Source: a virus. From it: 64,000 nucleotides of DNA. The DNA is taken from positions 46,390-110,389 of the IMG/VR virus record IMGVR_UViG_3300017605_000140; one strand, written 5' to 3'. This document shows, piece after piece, positions 10,400 through 18,649 of this stretch (position 1 is its first letter; the number at the start of each line of letters is the position of its first letter). Under the pieces are notes generated by a model, which worked only from the letters and a program-made list of their open reading frames with translations, made no database searches and was not told the DNA's origin. A program made the translations under genes and the position numbers.

Positions 10400-13386
10400 T
10401 ACTGTCCTATCTGTAGATTTTTAATACGAAGTTGTTCATTCATAGAGTCTACTATCAGCTTACCAGTTAACTTAGCATCAATAGAAGAACCAGAATATCC
10501 AGACGGAAGATTAACATTTATATCTCCGAACTGAACAGTAGTACCTGATGAACCTTTAAGGTTAGGATTAAAGGTATTATTCAAAAGAGTCTGGCGAATT
10601 GTTTCCGCTTGTTGAGCAGGAATAATCATTTCACCTTGGTGAACTGTGGCCTTTTGATCCTTGTCAATATTCCAAGCACCAGCCGCATACCAATTATTTC
10701 TCTGGTGGAAAGACCAAGCAGCATTAGGACTATGGTATCTGTTGTCAATATAATCCATCATCCAACGAAGTTGGGTTTCTCCGTTGGTCTTCCAGTCCGA
10801 TCCCGCACTAGCGTATTTACCAGGTGGAAGAGCCTGTGCCAATCCGTAAGCACCTGAGCTAGGATTAGTAGCTTTAGGATTCCACCCCGCTTCGGACATT
10901 TCCAGAGAGTTAAACGCTCCCCATTGACCTGCCCACCCTCTTTGTGCTAATAATTTTTTAGCATAAGCTTGTAGGGAAGATACCTTGTTACTACCAGTTC
11001 CTTTTACATTTCCCGTAGGATTAGGGTTTCCGGATGTATTGGCAGCACCACTAGAAGCGGCTGTAAGACCTACCGACCCACCACCAGTGGCCCCACTTAG
11101 TGAACTCATCAGAGCCTCTAATTCAGAAGTTCCTTTATAGCTACCAATATCCCCACCAGATTTAGACTGTTGGTTATTAAGTGTGTCAGTGTTTGAACTA
11201 TTCTCATTTAACAAAGAATTCATATTACCTACAGATCCCAGAATTCTTCGAGCGTTAGTAAACTCTCCAGGCTTAAATGACCGGATACGAACATTAGCCC
11301 CCGTATGGGGAGCCTCAATAACTTTTCCACCACCTATAGCCATAACAACATGATGTGCGGGGTTACCGTTGAACAGTAGATCTCCTGGCTGTACTTGGTC
11401 GGTAGGTACTGGCTTTCCCTGCTTTTGCTGATCAGCAGCAGTACGAGGGAGTTTTACACCCGCTTTGCCATAGGCCCATTGTATAAGACCAGAACAATCC
11501 CACCCATTAGGGCCAGTGCCTCCCCACACATAAGGATCACCTAGTTCTTTTTCTGCAAAACTAATTACTTGAGCAGCATTCGCACCACTGTTAGTACCCG
11601 TAGCTCTTATAGATCCACCACTACCACCACCAGTAGCACTATTACTAGAACCTCCGAATATACTGGTTAACTTATTAAGACCCTTTTTACCCCATTTTGC
11701 CCCAGTAGCAATTTGTCCAAATGGGTTGAGCACGTTCATTGGAGAAGTAAGAGCTTTACCAGCAGCTTTTCTATATATATCAAATTGAGACATATTAGCT
11801 GTTACTTTATCATCAGCATGTAAGCCTAGATAAGCTGCACCCGCCGCAGCAGTAACACCTAGTCCAGCTAATCCAGTAGTAGCCGCACCGCTTATTCCGG
11901 TAGCACCAGTTCCTGGTACACTCCATACACCATTAGCGCCTTGTGTGGCGGATAACAATCCATTAGTAGCGCCTGTACGAGCAGCACCTCCGCCGCCCCC
12001 GCTGAATAGCCCACCTAAACCGCTTAGAAGGCTGCCTCCGCCCCTGAAAAGTCTAGCAGCACCAAAGAGACCTACCCCAGCTCCAAAGGCGTTACCGAAG
12101 CCACTGAGGGCATTTGAGAAGGGTGCTGCCCAACCGGCTCCGGTACCAATAGCCTGATCCAAATGTGTTGTCTTTAAGAAGGCTGTAAGAGCATTGCTGA
12201 ATTTATTCACTGCTTTGGTAGCACTGTCAAACGCAGGAGCAAGACTATTAAGAATATCATTCTGACGTGTAAGTCTTGTGGCATTCAAATTTCTCTGATT
12301 TTCAAACATAGAAGAGCCCATACCAGTAGTTTTAGCTAACTGATTTATAGCACTTTTATCTCCTGTACCAGCTTTTTCTAATAAATTATAATATCTGGAA
12401 GAAGAAATACCCTTATTCTGGGAGACTACTTGTCCCCTAATAATATTCTGATATTCCTGAATAGTATTCTGGTTCCACCCCATAGCCTGACCAAAATACT
12501 GAAGATTTACATTAAGACTTCCACCCTGAGATAAAGAAGCATCTAATTGTTGGGGATTAATACGTTGATTACCAAAAGTTCTGGAATATATAGACTGAGC
12601 AATATTGCTCATAGTGTTTTTCTTACCACCAGCAAGAATAGGACTTGCCAAACCTAAAGCAGGGGCTACCATGGTAGCTCTGGCACTGAAGGTTTGCTGT
12701 GCTGCGGTTGCTCCGCCTGTAGCTCCCAAGGTAGGACTAGCATAAGCAAAGGCATTAGCTTGACGCATACCTGAAACAAAGGCAGGATTAGCTTGTCCAT
12801 TAAACTGGGAGTTTCCAAAAGTATATTGGTTAACATACGCGGCTCTGGCAGCATCTGTAGCATTTAGTGCTGCATAGTTATTATTGAATGCTAAAGCTCT
12901 AGCTGTCTCAGCCGGTCCTCGAAAACCACCAGTAAATCCACCAGCAATAGCAGACTGAGTACCATAAAAATCCATCTGCATATTTGTGGACATATTCTTA
13001 TTGGCGTAACCCGTCAGTCCGGAAAGAACCGCCGCAGTAGCTCCCAATCCAGCAGAGAGTCTAGAGTTTCTTCCTAAGGGACCAAAAGCTCCGTTACCTC
13101 CATTAGGAGACATACCACCGAAACTGCCACCACTGAAGTTTCCGCCACCGCCGTTAGTAGAGTAGCTGGATCTATTAGAACCAGAATTCCAGAGAATACC
13201 CATGGTACTTCCACTAGAACCCGCAGCTCTGTTAGCAGCACCTGTCATATTACCAAAACCGGTGGACAATCTTCCTACATCAGAAGTAAGTCTTCCAATA
13301 TTGGTAGTTAAAGAATCAACCGCTTGTTGAAGACCATTGGTCCCAAGCAAGCGGCTGGCTCCTATATTATTCTCATCAGCCATCAA
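10399..13386 (-). CDS. Tape measure protein with NlpC/P60 peptidase and lytic transglycosylase domains
   Basis: Gly/Ala-rich body; 'PYVWGG.GP.GWDCSGL...LPRTA..Q...PGDLLF...HHV'; 'EAGWNPKATNPSSGAYGLAQALP...YIDNRY..P..AW'. Confidence 0.9.
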   Translation of the reverse strand: MMADENNIGASRLLGTNGLQQAVDSLTTNIGRLTSDVGRLSTGFGNMTGAANRAAGSSGSTMGILWNSGSNRSSYSTNGGGGNFSGGSFGGMSPNGGNGAFGPLGRNSRLSAGLGATAAVLSGLTGYANKNMSTNMQMDFYGTQSAIAGGFTGGFRGPAETARALAFNNNYAALNATDAARAAYVNQYTFGNSQFNGQANPAFVSGMRQANAFAYASPTLGATGGATAAQQTFSARATMVAPALGLASPILAGGKKNTMSNIAQSIYSRTFGNQRINPQQLDASLSQGGSLNVNLQYFGQAMGWNQNTIQEYQNIIRGQVVSQNKGISSSRYYNLLEKAGTGDKSAINQLAKTTGMGSSMFENQRNLNATRLTRQNDILNSLAPAFDSATKAVNKFSNALTAFLKTTHLDQAIGTGAGWAAPFSNALSGFGNAFGAGVGLFGAARLFRGGGSLLSGLGGLFSGGGGGAARTGATNGLLSATQGANGVWSVPGTGATGISGAATTGLAGLGVTAAAGAAYLGLHADDKVTANMSQFDIYRKAAGKALTSPMNVLNPFGQIATGAKWGKKGLNKLTSIFGGSSNSATGGGSGGSIRATGTNSGANAAQVISFAEKELGDPYVWGGTGPNGWDCSGLIQWAYGKAGVKLPRTAADQQKQGKPVPTDQVQPGDLLFNGNPAHHVVMAIGGGKVIEAPHTGANVRIRSFKPGEFTNARRILGSVGNMNSLLNENSSNTDTLNNQQSKSGGDIGSYKGTSELEALMSSLSGATGGGSVGLTAASSGAANTSGNPNPTGNVKGTGSNKVSSLQAYAKKLLAQRGWAGQWGAFNSLEMSEAGWNPKATNPSSGAYGLAQALPPGKYASAGSDWKTNGETQLRWMMDYIDNRYHSPNAAWSFHQRNNWYAAGAWNIDKDQKATVHQGEMIIPAQQAETIRQTLLNNTFNPNLKGSSGTTVQFGDINVNLPSGYSGSSIDAKLTGKLIVDSMNEQLRIKNLQIGQ

Positions 13387-13420
13387 TATCTCCTAAGTTA
13401 CTTTATTACTTTTAATTATA

Positions 13421-13675
13421 TTACCTATAAGGCATTCCACCAAAAGTAACCCCTTCACCAATGGATCTAGTAATGACTTGATTTGAATTGTTGAGTTGGT
13501 GCACTCTTTCGTATTCTTGTTCTAGCTTATAGACGTATCTATTAACCCAGTGTTTACGCTCTCTGTAGGTTAATTTTTTAGATTCAGAAATAGGCCAATT
13601 AAAAGCTTCTACTAACTGTTCATAATCTTTATACAGAATTTGGTAATCAGAGTTCCTGAAATAGGATACCCACGT
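13421..13675 (-). CDS. Start-less ORF overlapping the chaperone stop; probable frameshift extension of the tail assembly chaperone
   Basis: Reads ...YFRNSDYQILYKDYEQLVEAFNWPISESKKLTYRERKHWV...GGMPYR*; no ATG/GTG/TTG near its 5' end; +1 frame relative to 13647..14510. Confidence 0.6.
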   Translation of the reverse strand, partial: TWVSYFRNSDYQILYKDYEQLVEAFNWPISESKKLTYRERKHWVNRYVYKLEQEYERVHQLNNSNQVITRSIGEGVTFGGMPYR

Positions 13676-14510
13676 TTAGTGGGACAAGAACCTCACCCTC
13701 GCAAGAAGAGCATTGTGCAACTACTTTATCGTATCTGGGACCAGGCTGATTATTATAAATGTAATCCTGTAAAGTCTTACGGTCAGCAAGTCCTAGTTTC
13801 TTAACATCACTTAAACCTTTAGAAAGTCTTTCAGTACCATCAGGTTCTATAAATGACAGTACACAAAAAGCTAACGTTAAGCTATTCATCTCTGGAATAG
13901 TCAATTGACTTTTGAATATGTCATTCTGAACTGCACCAGTAGGGAACTGTACACGGGCTTTACGTCCCTTACGTATATCCACAAGAAAATCGCGTACTTC
14001 TGGATCAGCTAATTCCTGTACAGGAATATCTTTCAGATTAAGTGTTAAATCATTAGATTCCCCACAACTCTCACAAGCTACACCAAACAGTTCGAACTCA
14101 TCCCCGAAAGTTGCACGTCTTATACCTAGCATTAACATATCCAGGTCACCCTGTAATAAGGAATCTAAGATATCAGTAGATATTTCAGTATCCCCAATAG
14201 CCACAGTACCGCATTGTAAAAGAGTGCTTACATACTTTGCAGGATTATTAGAGGTTCTAGCCTTGGCAAGTTTTTCCTCATGTTCCCCAGTTAGTTCCTG
14301 AATTTCTGCTTCACGTACTACCCTGTTATCAAGTAATAATCCTGCGGGAAGTTTTATAAAGGTATCAGGTAGCTCACCTATTACTGGCACAGGATTAAGA
14401 GAATGAAGAACTTTCTTAGTAAGAGCATTTAAATCTGATGATGCGGCGTTTACAACTTGACCCTCAACATCATCAAAAGTCATAGAATATTCGGGCTGCT
14501 CGTAATCCAT
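13647..14510 (-). CDS. Tail assembly chaperone/baseplate hub assembly protein (T4 gp26-like)
   Basis: 'ELTGEHEE.L', 'GD...L.LGIR..TFG', CxxC pairs; lies between tube and tape measure. Confidence 0.75.
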   Translation of the reverse strand: MDYEQPEYSMTFDDVEGQVVNAASSDLNALTKKVLHSLNPVPVIGELPDTFIKLPAGLLLDNRVVREAEIQELTGEHEEKLAKARTSNNPAKYVSTLLQCGTVAIGDTEISTDILDSLLQGDLDMLMLGIRRATFGDEFELFGVACESCGESNDLTLNLKDIPVQELADPEVRDFLVDIRKGRKARVQFPTGAVQNDIFKSQLTIPEMNSLTLAFCVLSFIEPDGTERLSKGLSDVKKLGLADRKTLQDYIYNNQPGPRYDKVVAQCSSCEGEVLVPLNVGILFQEL

Positions 14511-14589
14511 ATTAGGTTTCCTTTAGTAGTTCGGGTTCGTTCTATCTTAACTATTCTACAACATGGGGATATATAACTCTAATTAGAAC

Positions 14590-15165
14590 TCAAAAAGAAA
14601 CCCCGTTTAAGCCAATAGAGCTAGCTAATTTGAAATCAAAACCTTCATGAGCAAGACTTAGCTGCTGCATAAGAACAGCATTCGCACCAGCGTCTAAATC
14701 AGAGAATGCTATGGAAGTTGGCCATGCATTGTAAATTCTGTAAATAGCCTTTACAGGAACTTGCTTGGTAGTTACCGGGTGGTCTAATACCATAACATCA
14801 ATAGTTGCGCGGAAATCCTGTCCAGGAGATCCTGTACCTGTTCCCTGCATAACAGTGAATAGTTCTCTCATCCACTGCCACATTGGGCCAGAACCTACAG
14901 CAACACCCTGAGATAGGGTAATAGGTGCAAAATCACTCTGACCAGGCATCTTCTGAGTAGTGGTATTCATTCCACCCTCACGATATGGAATTACTTCAGT
15001 GGTTATATTCAGCCCACTAACAGTCATGAATCCCATAGTGGCAAAACCACGAATATGCGGATGCATGATATTAACATTGAACTTAAAGTTTCTTAATGGG
15101 TCTGTAGCTAAATGGGCAATAGAGGGAGTTGCCTTAGCTATAGGTGCTGCGATTGATGTAGCCAT
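14590..15165 (-). CDS. Tail tube protein (T4 gp19-like)
   Basis: 'DPLRNFKF', 'GF..VSGL', 'YREGG...K.PG', 'NAWP...SDLDA'. Confidence 0.92.
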   Translation of the reverse strand: MATSIAAPIAKATPSIAHLATDPLRNFKFNVNIMHPHIRGFATMGFMTVSGLNITTEVIPYREGGMNTTTQKMPGQSDFAPITLSQGVAVGSGPMWQWMRELFTVMQGTGTGSPGQDFRATIDVMVLDHPVTTKQVPVKAIYRIYNAWPTSIAFSDLDAGANAVLMQQLSLAHEGFDFKLASSIGLNGVSF

Positions 15166-15178
15166 TTAATTAATCTCC

Positions 15179-17077
15179 TTAGGCTGTAGTTGTTGTAGAA
15201 GCAGCCATCTGGTTAATATCAATTACTACGAACTCAGCGGGACTATTAAGAGCTAATCCTACTTGTACGTGAACTTCTCCAGCGGCGATTGTAGTTGGCG
15301 TGTTATTTCCAGAATCACATTGCACAAAGTATGCTTGATCAGCAGTATCACCTTGAAGAATTCCTTGTTGCCAAGCTCCTTGTAGATATTGCGTAACTAC
15401 TGCGCTAAGTGTAGCCCATAGCGTTGGATTATTATTTTCAAATACCGCGAATTGGGTAAGCCCAGTAAGTGTGAATTGAATATTCATTAAGGTACGCTCA
15501 ACTGGAACGTAGCGGCTAGGCAGATTAGTCAGTAATGTTCTAGCACCCATAACACAGAAACCATAGCTGGAAATATTACGAATAATATTTACACCATTAG
15601 AGTTAAGAGAATCAAGATTACTATTCTGGAAAGCTAGTTCAGTTCCCGCTACCCTCTGCAAAGGAATAGTTACTCCAGCCGGGGCCTTCTGTACACCGTA
15701 TAAACCATCAGTACTGGAGTACAAACCTAGTACCGCTCCGCCTGGAGGAAGAGTTCTGGTAGCTCCAGGAGTTGTAGAAATAGGATCTGGTACTTGTACC
15801 CAAGGACCATATAGAGCTACTGAAGAAGAAGGAGTTAGCTGGGAATTTCCTACTACCATACGTAGGTAAGTATCCACAGTAGCTGCCTCATTAGGGGTAA
15901 CTCCATCAGCACCTATAGTAGCTCTTGGAACGTCTACTACAGCAAAGAGATTAGGCTGAGCTTCTGTGTATGCAAGAATAGGATTAAGAATAGACGTATC
16001 TGAAACACCGGGAAGATTTAAATCAATATTTCCCTGGATAGTAGATAGTTTCTGTGTAGCAGTAAGAAGGCTAGGCGTCGCTACTCCGTCTGATCCCCCA
16101 GACAAAGCTGTAGGAGCTTGAGTCTGTGGAGTAATAGCAGTATTCCACGTTGAGTAAGAACCTAGATCCACTGCCTGAATATACTTAGATCCAAGTAATG
16201 TTGAGTTAAGCATAGATACGGCATACCGCTGGTCTGTACGATTCATTGTTACGTCGAGGAATCTCTCAACGATATTAGAATCTGCTGTTCCCCCATAACG
16301 TACTGTAAGATTAAATCTTCCTGTACCAGTTACGCTGTCAGTAATATCTACATACACATTATTACCCCAGGTACCAACAGATACACAGCTAAGCTTAAGT
16401 ATTGGTGTAGGTGTTCCTGTGGTGTTGTACAGAGGAATAGGAGTCATAGGAGTATAACTACCGTTATCAGTAAAAGTAACAGTAGGGGCAGTAACAGATG
16501 CAAGTAGCAGAGGTGTACCTAGTACGCCATCAACTGTTAGATTACGTCTATATACTCTATAAGAAGTAGCAGTGGCTACCGCTGTCCAGTTAAGAACAAC
16601 GTTATTTGTAACTGTAAGAGTTTGATTTGCGATTGCTTGTACTGGAATACCACCATTAGTTTCACCAGGGGATTTAACAGCGGTTACTGTGTACTCGTAA
16701 GTGTACGAAGGAGTTGTAGTTCCTCCAGGAGTAGCGGTAACACCAGTAGGAGGAAGAATTCCACCAGTACCAATCTCACGGTCATTTAATGTTTGAGTAG
16801 CTGTTATAGCATCAGCAGCAGCAGCTCTTACTACATAGCACTGATTACCGTTATTAGTAAAGTATTGCCATACCGCGAAAGGTAGCAAATTGGCTGCTGT
16901 ACCAAATCCCCCGTAAATATTGAGAAAGTCATTCCAGCTTTGAATAAGAGTAGGCTGTGTAGGTCCTTGAGTATGGACACCTATAAAAGCAGCCGTAGAT
17001 TGTCCCGGACTAGTTTGTCCTGTAGACAGGGGAGTCAAGGATGTATTTACATATACACCAGGACGCTGATAGGTCAT
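15179..17077 (-). CDS. Tail sheath protein
   Basis: 'Y.RPGVYV', 'PP.GAV.G', 'GV.KAPA', 'GART', 'FAVFE.N..LW', 'AYFV.CD..NN', 'PAEFV'. Confidence 0.95.
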   Translation of the reverse strand: MTYQRPGVYVNTSLTPLSTGQTSPGQSTAAFIGVHTQGPTQPTLIQSWNDFLNIYGGFGTAANLLPFAVWQYFTNNGNQCYVVRAAAADAITATQTLNDREIGTGGILPPTGVTATPGGTTTPSYTYEYTVTAVKSPGETNGGIPVQAIANQTLTVTNNVVLNWTAVATATSYRVYRRNLTVDGVLGTPLLLASVTAPTVTFTDNGSYTPMTPIPLYNTTGTPTPILKLSCVSVGTWGNNVYVDITDSVTGTGRFNLTVRYGGTADSNIVERFLDVTMNRTDQRYAVSMLNSTLLGSKYIQAVDLGSYSTWNTAITPQTQAPTALSGGSDGVATPSLLTATQKLSTIQGNIDLNLPGVSDTSILNPILAYTEAQPNLFAVVDVPRATIGADGVTPNEAATVDTYLRMVVGNSQLTPSSSVALYGPWVQVPDPISTTPGATRTLPPGGAVLGLYSSTDGLYGVQKAPAGVTIPLQRVAGTELAFQNSNLDSLNSNGVNIIRNISSYGFCVMGARTLLTNLPSRYVPVERTLMNIQFTLTGLTQFAVFENNNPTLWATLSAVVTQYLQGAWQQGILQGDTADQAYFVQCDSGNNTPTTIAAGEVHVQVGLALNSPAEFVVIDINQMAASTTTTA

Positions 17078-17111
17078 TAATATCTCCTAGCTAACTTATA
17101 ATTATGGATAA

Positions 17112-17732
17112 CTATACTACAGGTGGAAGAATAGCAATAGAATCCACAACTTTAGTAACCTTTGAATAGGCATCAATTTCAACAGGTAGTAATTCTGTTG
17201 AAACTCTTACAGTATAAATTGTGTGAAAAATTCTTTTTCCATCCGTATCATGTGTACTTTGTCTTTCAGGACCAGATAAAAGATCTAGTCTGCGTACTGT
17301 GCCATCTTCTGGAATAGCTAGATATCCATGTCTGACATTAAGAAAATCTGGTCCAGATAATACCGCAGAAAGAAAAGTAGAATGTTTATTATTTCTGGAT
17401 AATACTTCTATCTGATAATCAATATTATACGGTATAGGAGTAAAAGCCCAATAAGGACTTTGTGTAACATCTTCCATGGTATCAGTTATCCATTGATTAA
17501 AATTCTCTGGAGTATACGGAAGCTGGAACCATCCCGAGTGCGCTCTTTCAGGATCAAAAGATAAACCTACATTAGCTATGACAATAGATGGATAAGTAAG
17601 ATTAGTAGTTTCTACATCCGCATCTAGCCATATAACCTGTACAGGTCTTCCAGTATCCGGGGCATTAACATCCTGGACAACTAAATTTTCAAATTTAGTT
17701 TTCATAGCTCTGTCTTCATTAAAGATGAACAT
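17112..17732 (-). CDS. Putative tail terminator/completion protein
   Basis: Immediately upstream of sheath; 'YPSI', 'P.PYNIDYQI'. Confidence 0.55.
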   Translation of the reverse strand: MFIFNEDRAMKTKFENLVVQDVNAPDTGRPVQVIWLDADVETTNLTYPSIVIANVGLSFDPERAHSGWFQLPYTPENFNQWITDTMEDVTQSPYWAFTPIPYNIDYQIEVLSRNNKHSTFLSAVLSGPDFLNVRHGYLAIPEDGTVRRLDLLSGPERQSTHDTDGKRIFHTIYTVRVSTELLPVEIDAYSKVTKVVDSIAILPPVV

Positions 17733-17743
17733 CTGTTCTCCTA

Positions 17744-18640
17744 TTAAGCTGTTTCAAATACTCCATGAAAACGTATAGTTTGTCCTGCTGTTGCGGCTGT
17801 CCAAGAAGAACCAGCTATACCAGATGAACTTAGTTGGGTTAATCTTGGATCGGAAGATGAGGTAGCGCCGAATAATGTCATAGTATTCGCTCCTTGGCCA
17901 TAACTTGCTACAAGAGCTGACCGCACTGTTCCAGCTATTACCACTTGTCCCGATCCTCCAGAACGTGTTACTCCAGCAGTGTTATTAAAGGGCATAGTAA
18001 ATGTATAATTACCTGAGCCATAAGTAGTAGTTGTACCACTAGTAATAGTTATTTGAAAAGTACAAGTTTTACCGATTAGTGAGTAACTACTACTTATTGA
18101 TCCATTGCCTATATCTGGGTCAGTAACCGCACCTGTCCAAAGTACTGGATAACTTGTCCAAGCTCCTGTAGAAATATTATTAAATGTCGGAGAACCAGTA
18201 AAGTTTTTAATACCCGCCACTGTCTGATTTGTTGTAAGATCAACAAAATTTTTAGTAGTACTTCCTGTACCACCTTGAGCAATTGTTATTGGAAAAGCTG
18301 GTATCTGACTCCATACCGCAGCACCGGTTGCTGCATCCGCGCATACGTACACTACGTTTGTTGTGGTATTAAACCATGTGGAACCTACGGAATATCCCTG
18401 AGTTTGATCACTGTTTACAGTAGGATTAGTAGTAGCTGTCATATTAGAAAAAGCATTAGCTAAACCTGTCAAATTTAATGCCGCTCTAGCTGCCGGGACA
18501 TTTGTAAGATCCGACAGGTTATTAGCCTTTTGTAATGATGAAGCTGACGCATTAGTAGTATTATTATCTAGTTGTGTTAATGCGAGATTTAAAGGACTAT
18601 CCCAATTAGGAGTGCCCTTAGCAATAGGTACATAAGTCAT
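17744..18640 (-). CDS. Fibre-like structural protein
   Basis: Shares 'GGTGSTT.NFVDLTT.QT.AG.K.F' and 'QKA.NLSDL' motifs with the neighbouring fibre genes. Confidence 0.6.
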   Translation of the reverse strand: MTYVPIAKGTPNWDSPLNLALTQLDNNTTNASASSLQKANNLSDLTNVPAARAALNLTGLANAFSNMTATTNPTVNSDQTQGYSVGSTWFNTTTNVVYVCADAATGAAVWSQIPAFPITIAQGGTGSTTKNFVDLTTNQTVAGIKNFTGSPTFNNISTGAWTSYPVLWTGAVTDPDIGNGSISSSYSLIGKTCTFQITITSGTTTTYGSGNYTFTMPFNNTAGVTRSGGSGQVVIAGTVRSALVASYGQGANTMTLFGATSSSDPRLTQLSSSGIAGSSWTAATAGQTIRFHGVFETA

Positions 18641-18649
18641 TTAATATCC

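Noticed and set aside
5907-17077. Stand-alone contractile injection system (eCIS/tailocin)
   Set aside because: Terminase, portal, scaffold and capsid genes are in the same operon, so this is a phage tail.
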